Assembly (NCBI GenBank): GCA_937888435.1
Contig: CALAQS010000288.1
Span: forward strand, 1 to 52,066
Source of the DNA: an uncultured Acidobacteriota bacterium
GTDB taxonomy: Bacteria; Acidobacteriota; Thermoanaerobaculia; UBA5066
Length of the DNA: 52,066 nt
Reading direction: 5' to 3'
Shown here: positions 35,820 through 43,702 of the stretch, one piece after another
Layout of the letters: every line of letters begins with the position of its first letter
Numbering within the stretch: position 1 is the first letter of the stretch
Translations under genes and position numbers: made by a program
Notes under the pieces: generated by a model
Database searches by the model: none
Told to the model about the DNA's origin: nothing
The model's input: only the letters and a program-made list of their open reading frames with translations

Positions 35820-37001
35820 TCAGCTCGCGAGGAGCTCGGCGCGCCAACGCGACAGGCCGCCCTGCTCGACGAGGAGATCGGCCGTGAGACGTCCGTTCGC
35901 GCGTCGCGCGCGCGCCGCCACGGTGAGGACCGCCCGAGAGGCGAGGATGCCGGGGTCGAGCCCGAGCTTCGCGGCCTTCGCATCGCGCGATTTCTTGAGG
36001 GTCTCCACCTCGCGCTCGAGCGCGGGGTCGACCTCGATCCGCTCGCCGCGGCGCGCCTTCGGCCATTCGGCCGGCGCGAGGGCGGCGGCGCGCGCGAGCG
36101 CCTCGTTGAGGGCGGTCGCGAAGGAATCCGGCAGCGAGCGCGGGCCCGGGAACAGCTTCCGGAGGTCCTTTTCGCCGCCGGCGGCCGGTTTTGCCGCGAG
36201 AAGCAGCCGCTCGTTCGTGAGGACGCGGAACGGGGGAAGGTCGAGGGCGCGGGCGCGGGCCTCACGCGTCTCCCAGAGGGCACGCACAAACGCGCGTTCC
36301 TTGTCAGTGAAGGCGTTCGTCCCCTTGAGCCGCCAGTCGTTTTCAGGGTCGGCTTCGCGCCCGGCGGAGAAAACCGTCGCGGCCAGCCGGGCGCACTCCT
36401 CGGCATGCCACGCGAGGCGGCCCTTCGCCTCGAGGTCGCGCGTGAGCGACTCCACGAGCACGCCGAGGTGAAGGACGTCCGCGGCGGCGTAGGCGACCAT
36501 CGGCGGCGTGAGCGGCCGCGCGCTCCAGTCGGATCGCTGGTGCGTCTTGTCGAGCGTGACGCCGGCGCGGGCGGAGAGGAGCGCGGCGAGGCCGATCTCC
36601 TTCTCGCCGAGAAGCTGCGCCGCGAGCATCGTGTCGAAGAGGGATGTCGCGCGAAAGCCGTATCCCCGAAAGAGGAGCCTGAGGTCGTAGTCGGAGCCGT
36701 GCATGAGGAGCCGCCGCGGAACGAGGCGCGCGAGGAGCGCGGGGACATCGAGCGGCGCGAGAGGGTCCACGAGGTGGGCCGTGCCATCCCAGGCGAGCTG
36801 CAGGAGGCAGGCTTTCTCGAAGTAGTGGTGGAACGAGTCCGCCTCCGTGTCGAGCGCGACGTCGGCCTCGGGTTGCTGATCGAGGGCGGCGAGGAGGCGG
36901 CCGAGAGAGTCCGGATCGTGCACAACCCGCGTGATCGACGGGGCGGGCGTTGAAGCGGTCACGTCCGAATGTACACCGCGGTGGCGCCAGACTCGCAACA
37001 T
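35820..37001 (-). CDS. rnd: Ribonuclease D (DEDD 3'-5' exonuclease + HRDC)
   Basis: Exo motifs VALDTEADSF, LMHGSDYDLRLL and YAAADVLHL. C-terminal HRDC-like region. ATG at 37001, with an alternative GTG at 36962. Confidence 0.8.
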   Translation of the reverse strand: MLRVWRHRGVHSDVTASTPAPSITRVVHDPDSLGRLLAALDQQPEADVALDTEADSFHHYFEKACLLQLAWDGTAHLVDPLAPLDVPALLARLVPRRLLMHGSDYDLRLLFRGYGFRATSLFDTMLAAQLLGEKEIGLAALLSARAGVTLDKTHQRSDWSARPLTPPMVAYAAADVLHLGVLVESLTRDLEAKGRLAWHAEECARLAATVFSAGREADPENDWRLKGTNAFTDKERAFVRALWETREARARALDLPPFRVLTNERLLLAAKPAAGGEKDLRKLFPGPRSLPDSFATALNEALARAAALAPAEWPKARRGERIEVDPALEREVETLKKSRDAKAAKLGLDPGILASRAVLTVAARARRANGRLTADLLVEQGGLSRWRAELLAS

Positions 37002-37022
37002 CCCTCCGCGCAGGGATTTCGC

Positions 37023-37052
37023 TTGACTGAGTCCCTTTCGAGGCCGGATACT
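37023..37052 (+). promoter_or_regulatory. Candidate sigma70-type promoter of the dcw cluster (Pmra-like)
   Basis: TTGACT (37023..37028), an 18-nt spacer, then GATACT (37047..37052). This lies about 95 nt upstream of the mraZ ATG and immediately upstream of the GTGG repeat array. Confidence 0.4.
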
Positions 37053-37057
37053 CGCGA

Positions 37058-37091
37058 GTGGAAAAAAGTGGTTAGCGGTGGCGCCTTGTGG
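37058..37091 (+). promoter_or_regulatory. MraZ-type operator: four GTGG direct repeats at exact 10-nt phasing
   Basis: GTGG at 37058, 37068, 37078 and 37088 (aGTGGaaaaaaGTGGttagcgGTGGcgccttGTGGattc), between the candidate -10 and the mraZ ATG at 37145. This matches the known MraZ mode of binding direct repeats spaced one helical turn apart. Confidence 0.55.
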
Positions 37092-37144
37092 ATTCGAAGG
37101 GATTCCCGTGACGCCAGCGCGGGCTTTCTTCCCAAAGGACGATT

Positions 37145-37591
37145 ATGGACCGCCTTCGGGGCAGCGCGGAAACGACGGTGGACGAGAAGGGCCGCTTCAA
37201 GGTCCCGTCCGTCTTCCGCGCGCCGATCGAGGAGACGTTCGGGCCCGAGTTCTTCCTGACGTCCATTTCCGGTGTCGACGTTCTGATCTTCCCGATGCCC
37301 GTCTGGAACGCGCTCGAGGAGAAGCTCGCCGCGATGCCCGCGATCCACCGCGCGAAGGCGAAGTTCCAGGAGCGTTTCAACACGTACGGGCAGGTGGCGC
37401 GCATGGACGCGCAGGGCCGGCTCCTCGTGCCATCGCTCCTGCGCGAGGTCTCGGCGCTCGAGGGCGACGCGCTCGTTCTCGGCCAGACCGACCACCTGAA
37501 GCTCGTCGATCGCACGAAGCATCTCAAGGGCCTGCGCTCGACCACGATCACGGATGAGGACTACGACGAACTCGCACGCCATCTCGTCTGA
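37145..37591 (+). CDS. mraZ: Transcriptional regulator MraZ
   Basis: 148 aa. Duplicated SpoVT/AbrB-like halves carry the DxxGR motifs VDEKGRFKVPSVFR and MDAQGRLLVPSLLR. Confidence 0.9.
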   Translation: MDRLRGSAETTVDEKGRFKVPSVFRAPIEETFGPEFFLTSISGVDVLIFPMPVWNALEEKLAAMPAIHRAKAKFQERFNTYGQVARMDAQGRLLVPSLLREVSALEGDALVLGQTDHLKLVDRTKHLKGLRSTTITDEDYDELARHLV

Positions 37592-37597
37592 CGCGGC

Positions 37598-38569
37598 ATG
37601 GCCGACGCCGGCGCGGTTCACGTCCCGGTCCTGCTCCGGGAGGTCGTCGCCGCGCTCCGGCCGGAGCGCGGCGGCGTCTACGTCGACGCGACGCTCGGCC
37701 TCGGCGGCCACGCGCGGGCGCTCCTCGAAGCATCTCCCGAGGTGCGCGTGGTCGGGATCGACCGCGATCCAGAGGCCCTGCTTCTCGCGAAACAGCGCCT
37801 CGCGGCGTTCGGCACGCGTCTCGTCATCGTGGAGGGGCGCCACGAGGATCTCGCGGAGCATCTCGACCGCCTCGGCCTCGCGCGCGTCGACGGGATCCTC
37901 GCGGATCTCGGCGTTTCGACGATGCAGCTCGACCGCGCCGAGCGGGGATTTTCGTTCATGAAGGAAGGTCCGCTCGACATGCGCATGGGCGCCGACGGGC
38001 CGACGGCCGCCGACCTCGTGGCGACGGCCTCTCGCGAAGAGCTGACGCGGATTTTCCGCGAATGGGGGGAGGAGCGCATGGCGGGACCGATCGCCCGTAC
38101 GGTGGTGGAAGCTCGGAAGACGGCTCCGATCCGAACGACCGGCGAGATGAGGCGGCTCGTGCTGAAGGTTCTCGGGCCGCGGCGCGAGATGCACAAGGAC
38201 CCCGCGACCCGCGTTTTCCAGGCGCTGCGCATCGCGACGAATCACGAGCTCGTCGAGCTCGAGCGGTTCCTCGACGACGCGATCGCGCGCCTCGCGCTCG
38301 GCGCGCGACTCTCCGTGCTCTCGTATCACTCTCTCGAAGACCGCATCGTCAAGCGCGCGTTCCAACGCCACACGGCGGGCTGCACGTGCCCGCCCTCGTT
38401 CCCCGTGTGCGTGTGCTCACGGCGCCGCGTCATGGCCCTCGTCACGCGCAAGTCCATCCGGCCCTCGCTCGCCGAGCTCGGCGGGAATCCCCGGGCGCGC
38501 TCGGCGCGGATGCGCGTGCTCGAGCGCATCGCCGAGGACGGCGCCGGTCCGCTGACGCCTCAAGGGTAG
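37598..38569 (+). CDS. rsmH: 16S rRNA (cytosine1402-N4)-methyltransferase RsmH
   Basis: Motifs HVPVLLREV, DATLGLGGHA, ADLGVSTMQLD and SYHSLEDRIVK. Confidence 0.95.
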   Translation: MADAGAVHVPVLLREVVAALRPERGGVYVDATLGLGGHARALLEASPEVRVVGIDRDPEALLLAKQRLAAFGTRLVIVEGRHEDLAEHLDRLGLARVDGILADLGVSTMQLDRAERGFSFMKEGPLDMRMGADGPTAADLVATASREELTRIFREWGEERMAGPIARTVVEARKTAPIRTTGEMRRLVLKVLGPRREMHKDPATRVFQALRIATNHELVELERFLDDAIARLALGARLSVLSYHSLEDRIVKRAFQRHTAGCTCPPSFPVCVCSRRRVMALVTRKSIRPSLAELGGNPRARSARMRVLERIAEDGAGPLTPQG

Positions 38570-38578
38570 GCCCAGCCG

Positions 38579-38965
38579 ATGGCGTACGCGGTCCGTCGCC
38601 CGGTCGAAAATGTTTATCTCGTGCGGGAGCGCGACCGGCGGCGGACGCGCGAGCTCGCCGCTCTCGCCCTGGCGGCGGTGCCGCCGGCGATCGTCCTCTT
38701 TCTCGCCATCTGGGCGAATCTCGAGACGGTGCGCCTCGGATACCAGCTCGCGACGCTCGCGCGGATGCGCGAGACGCTGTTCGAGAGAAGGCACCTGCTC
38801 GAGATGGACCGCGCCCAGGCGGTCGCGCTCGCGCGCGTGGAGCGGATCGCGCGCGGCACGCTGGGCCTCGTGCCGCCCACGCTCGATCAGGTCATCCTCG
38901 TGAAGGACACGGCTCTCGTCGCCCCCGGGCCGCCGGCGCTCCCGCCGGGGAAGGTCCTGCCCTGA
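38579..38965 (+). CDS. ftsL: Cell division protein FtsL-like
   Basis: 128 aa in the position between rsmH and ftsI. Basic N-terminus, one TM helix (LAALALAAVPPAIVLFLAIWA), then a coiled segment. Confidence 0.6.
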   Translation: MAYAVRRPVENVYLVRERDRRRTRELAALALAAVPPAIVLFLAIWANLETVRLGYQLATLARMRETLFERRHLLEMDRAQAVALARVERIARGTLGLVPPTLDQVILVKDTALVAPGPPALPPGKVLP

Positions 38966-41016
38966 GCGCCGCACCGCGCCCGGACCGCCGGGCTCTCCTC
39001 CTGCTCGCGGGGGTCGGTCTTTGGATCCTCGTTCTTGTCGTGCGACTCGTGGACCTGCAGGTCTTGAGGCGCGACGAGTTCCAACGCCGCGCCCGCAGGC
39101 AGCAGGAACGCACGGTCGAGCTCGCCCCGCGACGCGGCGTCATCCGCGACGCCGACGGCACGCTCCTGGCGGTGAACGCGCGCGCCGAGTCGGTCTTCGC
39201 GATTCCCTCCGACGTGGCCGACGCCGAAAAGGAAGCCGCGCTCCTGGCGCCGCTCCTCCGGCATCCGGCGAAGGAGCTCGTGAAAAAGCTCGCGAGCGAA
39301 GATCGCGACTTCATCTGGCTTTCGCGCCGCGTGAGCGACCCGGTTGCGGCGCGCGTGCGCGGTCTCGTCGGCGAAAAACGCCTTCCGGGCATCCAGCTCG
39401 TGGCTGAGTCGACGCGGCGCTATCCCGAGGGAGCGCTCGCGGCCGCCGTGCTCGGATACGTGGGAACCGACAACCAGGGCCTCGCGGGCCTCGAGTATCG
39501 CTTCGACGCCGACGTGCGCGGCAAGCCCGCGCGCGTGACGCTCTTGCGCGACGCGGCACAGCGGTCCTACGCGGCGCGGGCGCGCGAGGGCGGCGAGGCG
39601 CCGCGCGAGGGCTACGAGGGTGCGCGGCTCACCCTCACGATCCGGACGTCCATCCAGCACGCGGCCGAGCGCGAGCTCGCGAAGGTCATGGCGGAATCCC
39701 ACGCGCGCGGAGCCTCCGCCGTCGTCCTCGATCCGGCCTCGGGCGCGATTCTCGCGCTCGCCTCGTTCCCCACGTTCGATCCGAACCGCTACGGAGACGT
39801 GGACGCGGAGACGCGGCGCTGCCGGCCGCTCGCGGACGTCTACGAACCGGGCTCGACGTTCAAGATCGTGGCGGCCGCGACGGCGCTCGACTCCGGGACG
39901 ATCTCTCTCGACGACCCGATCGACTGCGGAGGCGGCACGCTCACGATCGGGACGAACACGATTCACGAGCACGGCGGAAAAGGCTGGAGCACGCTGACGA
40001 TCGGGGACATCCTCGCGCTTTCCTCGAACATCGGGATCGCGCACGTCGCGATGACTCTCGGCCGCGCTTCGTTCTACAAGTCGGTCCGCGCCTTCGGATT
40101 CGGAGAAAAGACGGGCATCGAGCTGGAGGGGGAGACCGCCGGCCTTCTCGCGGACACGTCGGGCTGGAGCGCGCTCACGCTGCCGACGATGGCGTTCGGC
40201 CAGGAAATCGGCGTCACCGTGCTCCAGATGGCGCGCGCCTACGCCGCGATCGCGAACGGCGGCGTGCTTCCGCCGGTCCATCTCGTGGATTCGATCGGAG
40301 ATTCGAATCAGAGCCCGGATGCGGCGAATCGAAGAATCGAGCGGCCCGTACCGCGGCGCCTCATGAGCGAGGACACGGCACGCCGGCTGCGGATCCTCCT
40401 CGCGAGGGTCGTCGAGATGGGAACGGGGAAAGCCGCCGCGATTCCGGGCTACACCGCCGCCGGCAAGACGGGCACGGCGCAGAAGGCGGTGCCGGGCGCG
40501 GGGTATTCGAAGGACCGTTACGTCGCCTCGTTCATCGGGTTCGCGCCCGCCGATCGGCCTCGCATCGTCATCGCGGTCGTCGTGGACGAGCCGAAGGGGA
40601 AGACTTACGGCGCCGAGGTCGCGGCGCCGGCTTTCTCCGCGATCGGAGCGGACGTCCTCAGGATCCTGCGAGAGCCCCCCGCTCCCGTCGACGCCACGCG
40701 TCCCTCCATCCTCACCGCGGACCTCGGCGCGGGCGCCGCGGCCGTCGCACTCAGCGCGCGCCTGAATGCCGACGACCTCGTGCCTGCCGCGAACCGGGCG
40801 GAGAGGGCCGACGAGAGCGAGGACCGCGTGCCGGACGTCTCCGGCAAGAGCGCGCGCGACGCGGTGCGGCTTCTCGCTTTTCGCGGTCTTTCCGCGCGGC
40901 TCTCGGGAGCGGGGTTCGTGGTGTCGCAGGAACCGCCGGCGGGATCGCCCGCCGAGCGGGGAAGCTCCTGCGCGCTTCAACTCGCACAGCAAGTCGCGCC
41001 GGGAGAGACACCATGA
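38962..41016 (+). CDS. ftsI: Peptidoglycan D,D-transpeptidase FtsI (class B PBP) with C-terminal PASTA domain
   Basis: TM anchor RRALLLLAGVGLWILVLVV. SxxK PGSTFKIV, SxN LSSNIG and KTG AGKTGTA. C-terminal PASTA-like VPDVSGKSARDAVRLLAFRGLSARLSGAGFVVSQEP. The ORF runs from 38062, but the first 900 nt overlap rsmH and ftsL out of frame. There is no ATG, GTG or TTG near the TM helix. I placed the start at the CTG that overlaps the ftsL TGA. The 5' end is uncertain. Confidence 0.85.
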   Translation: MSAAPRPDRRALLLLAGVGLWILVLVVRLVDLQVLRRDEFQRRARRQQERTVELAPRRGVIRDADGTLLAVNARAESVFAIPSDVADAEKEAALLAPLLRHPAKELVKKLASEDRDFIWLSRRVSDPVAARVRGLVGEKRLPGIQLVAESTRRYPEGALAAAVLGYVGTDNQGLAGLEYRFDADVRGKPARVTLLRDAAQRSYAARAREGGEAPREGYEGARLTLTIRTSIQHAAERELAKVMAESHARGASAVVLDPASGAILALASFPTFDPNRYGDVDAETRRCRPLADVYEPGSTFKIVAAATALDSGTISLDDPIDCGGGTLTIGTNTIHEHGGKGWSTLTIGDILALSSNIGIAHVAMTLGRASFYKSVRAFGFGEKTGIELEGETAGLLADTSGWSALTLPTMAFGQEIGVTVLQMARAYAAIANGGVLPPVHLVDSIGDSNQSPDAANRRIERPVPRRLMSEDTARRLRILLARVVEMGTGKAAAIPGYTAAGKTGTAQKAVPGAGYSKDRYVASFIGFAPADRPRIVIAVVVDEPKGKTYGAEVAAPAFSAIGADVLRILREPPAPVDATRPSILTADLGAGAAAVALSARLNADDLVPAANRAERADESEDRVPDVSGKSARDAVRLLAFRGLSARLSGAGFVVSQEPPAGSPAERGSSCALQLAQQVAPGETP

Positions 41017-42620
41017 GGCTCTCGGCGCTCGCCGCGGATTTTCCGCACCGGCGCGCCGGTGCCCCGGGGGACCCCGAGGTTCTCGCCGTCACGCACGACT
41101 CGCGCGCCGCGGTGGACGGAACGCTGTTCGCCGCGCTGCCCGGCCTGAGAATCGACGGCCGCCGCTTCGTGGCCGATGCGGTCTCGCGCGGCGCCGTCGC
41201 GGCGCTCGGTCTCGCGCCCGCGCCCGACGCCACGGCCGTGCCGTATCTCGAGGTCGAAAACCCCCGGCGCTCAGCGGGCCTCGTGGCCTCGCTGCTCGCG
41301 GGCCGGCCGTCGGAGCGGCTCGTGATGGCGGGTGTGACCGGCACGAGCGGCAAGACGACGACGACGTACCTTCTCGACGGCCTTTTCGCCCTCCGCCATC
41401 AAAAGCGCGGTTTTTTCGGCACGATCGTCTACCGCGGCGGCGGCGCAGCGGCGATTCCGGCGCCGCACACGACGCCGGAGGCCACGGACCTCCAGCCGAT
41501 GCTCGCGACGCTCGCCGCGGAGGGCGGCACAGCCGCGATTCTCGAGTGCTCCTCGCATGCGCTCGTCCTCGAGCGCCTAGCGGGCTGCTCGTTCGACGTC
41601 GCGATCTTCCTCAACCTCTCGCGCGATCACCTCGACTTCCATCGCGACATGGACGACTACTTCGAGGCGAAGGCACGCCTCTTCTCGATGCTCAAGCCGG
41701 GAGGAAAAGCGGTCGTCAATCTCGGAGATGAGTACGGGCGGAGACTGGCGGGTCGGCTGCCTGCAAAGAGCACGATCGGATTCTTCTTAGAAGGTAATTG
41801 GTCGCCGGATCAGACCGTGCCGGCGGCGCCGACAGGCGAGGGCGGTCTCCTTGCAACCGTCATCGGGCGCGCCGCGCTTTCGACGACCGGAACCCGGCTC
41901 GATGTCTCGACCCTCGCCCCATTCCCCTTCAAAGAAAAACCACCGTCACCGCCAACCCCACTGAAGCGTGAAAGAACGGACGAGCCTGCAACCCTATTAA
42001 CAATAAATTCCCCTCTCCTCGGCCGATCGAACGCCGAAAATCTGTTGGCGGCTGCCGCCGCTGGAGTCGCGCTCGGGCTTTCGCCCGCCGAGATCGCGGC
42101 GGGCCTCGAGGCCGTGACGAGCGTTCCCGGACGCCTCGAAGCCGTGCCGAACACGCGCGGATTCACGGTCCTCGTGGACTACGCGCACAAGCCCGCCGCC
42201 CTCGAGGGCGTGCTCCGTACGGTGAGGCCGATCGCGGCGGCGGGAGGCGGCCGCGTGATCGTCGTGTTCGGATGCGGCGGCGATCGTGACAAGGGCAAGC
42301 GCCCCGAGATGGGCCGCATCGCGGCGCTGCTCGCCGACGAGGTCGTCGTGACGTCCGACAACCCGCGCTCGGAGCAGCCCGAAGCGATCCTTCGTGACGT
42401 GCGCGCGGGCATCGAGGCGGCCGGAAAGACGGCGCGTTACGTGGCGGACCGCCGCGAGGCGCTCGCTGAAGCCTTCGCGCTCGCGCGCGCCGGCGACGTC
42501 GTCCTCGTGGCGGGCAAAGGGCACGAGACGAGTCAGATCGTGGGCGGCCGCGAGCTGCCGTTCGACGACCGCCTCGTTGCGAAAGAACTTCTCGCGAAAG
42601 CTGAGACGGCGGCGCGATGA
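41013..42620 (+). CDS. murE: UDP-N-acetylmuramoyl-L-alanyl-D-glutamate--2,6-diaminopimelate ligase MurE
   Basis: P-loop GVTGTSGKTTT and the DAP-specific DNPRSE motif. The ATG overlaps the ftsI stop (ATGA). At 535 aa it is about 30-35 aa longer than typical, owing to a Pro/Lys-rich insertion (see findings). Confidence 0.9.
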   Translation: MRLSALAADFPHRRAGAPGDPEVLAVTHDSRAAVDGTLFAALPGLRIDGRRFVADAVSRGAVAALGLAPAPDATAVPYLEVENPRRSAGLVASLLAGRPSERLVMAGVTGTSGKTTTTYLLDGLFALRHQKRGFFGTIVYRGGGAAAIPAPHTTPEATDLQPMLATLAAEGGTAAILECSSHALVLERLAGCSFDVAIFLNLSRDHLDFHRDMDDYFEAKARLFSMLKPGGKAVVNLGDEYGRRLAGRLPAKSTIGFFLEGNWSPDQTVPAAPTGEGGLLATVIGRAALSTTGTRLDVSTLAPFPFKEKPPSPPTPLKRERTDEPATLLTINSPLLGRSNAENLLAAAAAGVALGLSPAEIAAGLEAVTSVPGRLEAVPNTRGFTVLVDYAHKPAALEGVLRTVRPIAAAGGGRVIVVFGCGGDRDKGKRPEMGRIAALLADEVVVTSDNPRSEQPEAILRDVRAGIEAAGKTARYVADRREALAEAFALARAGDVVLVAGKGHETSQIVGGRELPFDDRLVAKELLAKAETAAR

Positions 42621-43702
42621 TCCTCTGGCTGCTCTACCCGCTGCACGGCCGGCTGCCGCTCTTCAACGTCTTCCGGTACATCACGTTCCGGGCGGCGAAC
42701 GCGGCGCTCATGGCGCTTCTGCTCTCGATCTTCCTCGGGCCCGCCCTCATCCGCTGGCTGCGCGTGAGGCAGATCGGCCAGTCCATCCGCGAGGAAGGGC
42801 CGAAAGGCCATCAGGTGAAGGCGGGCACGCCCACGATGGGCGGCGTCCTCATCAACCTGGCGATCGTCGTACCAACGCTCGTTTTCGCCGACCTTTCGAA
42901 TCGCTACGTGTGGGTCGCTCTCGTCGCGACCCTCCTCGCCATGCTCATCGGCATCGGCGACGACTGGCGCAAGGTGTCGCGAAAGAACAACCGCGGCCTC
43001 TCGGGTCGGCAGAAGCTGGTGCTGCAGACCGCGATCGGGCTCGGCGTGGCGTGGGCGTCGGTGAAGCTCTTCGACGCGCGCGTGGACGCCACGCACGTCG
43101 CCCTGCCGTTCCTGAAAAACGTCCACCCGGACCTCGGCCTTTTCTACGTCCTTCTGGCGACGGTCGTCGTCGTGGGCTCGTCAAACGCCGTGAACCTCAC
43201 GGATGGCCTCGACGGGCTCGCGATCGGCGCGACGCTCGTCGCGTCGGCCACGTTCGCGATCCTCGCGTACATCGCGGGGAACGCGAAGGCCGCGGGCTAC
43301 CTCCTCGTGCCGTCCGTGCCGGGCACGGGCGAGCTCGCGGTCTTTTGCGCGGCCATCGTGGGCGCGTCGCTCGGATTCCTCTGGTTCAACGCGCATCCGG
43401 CCGAGGTCTTCATGGGCGATACGGGCTCGCTCGCGCTCGGGGCGGCGCTCGGAACGGTCGCCGTGCTCATCAAGCAGGAGATCCTGCTCGTCCTCGTCGG
43501 CGGGCTCTTCGTCGTCGAGGCCGCTTCGGTGATCCTGCAGGTGGGCTCTTTCAAGCTGCGCGGCAAGCGCATCTTCCGGATGGCGCCGCTCCACCACCAC
43601 TTCGAGCTCGCCGGATGGCCTGAGTCGAAGGTCATCATCCGGTTCTGGATCGTGGCGATCCTCTTCGCGCTTTTCGCGCTTTCCACGTTGAAGCTCCGAT
43701 GA
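42617..43702 (+). CDS. mraY: Phospho-N-acetylmuramoyl-pentapeptide transferase MraY
   Basis: Motifs KAGTPTMGG, NAVNLTDGLDGLA and FMGDTGSLALG. ATGA overlap with murE. Confidence 0.95.
   Translation: MILWLLYPLHGRLPLFNVFRYITFRAANAALMALLLSIFLGPALIRWLRVRQIGQSIREEGPKGHQVKAGTPTMGGVLINLAIVVPTLVFADLSNRYVWVALVATLLAMLIGIGDDWRKVSRKNNRGLSGRQKLVLQTAIGLGVAWASVKLFDARVDATHVALPFLKNVHPDLGLFYVLLATVVVVGSSNAVNLTDGLDGLAIGATLVASATFAILAYIAGNAKAAGYLLVPSVPGTGELAVFCAAIVGASLGFLWFNAHPAEVFMGDTGSLALGAALGTVAVLIKQEILLVLVGGLFVVEAASVILQVGSFKLRGKRIFRMAPLHHHFELAGWPESKVIIRFWIVAILFALFALSTLKLR

Noticed and set aside
38062-38961. 5' extension of the ftsI ORF back to 38062
   Set aside because: It overlaps rsmH and ftsL out of frame and translates to an Arg/Ala/Pro-rich string. 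The recognisable FtsI sequence begins at the TM helix just after 38962.
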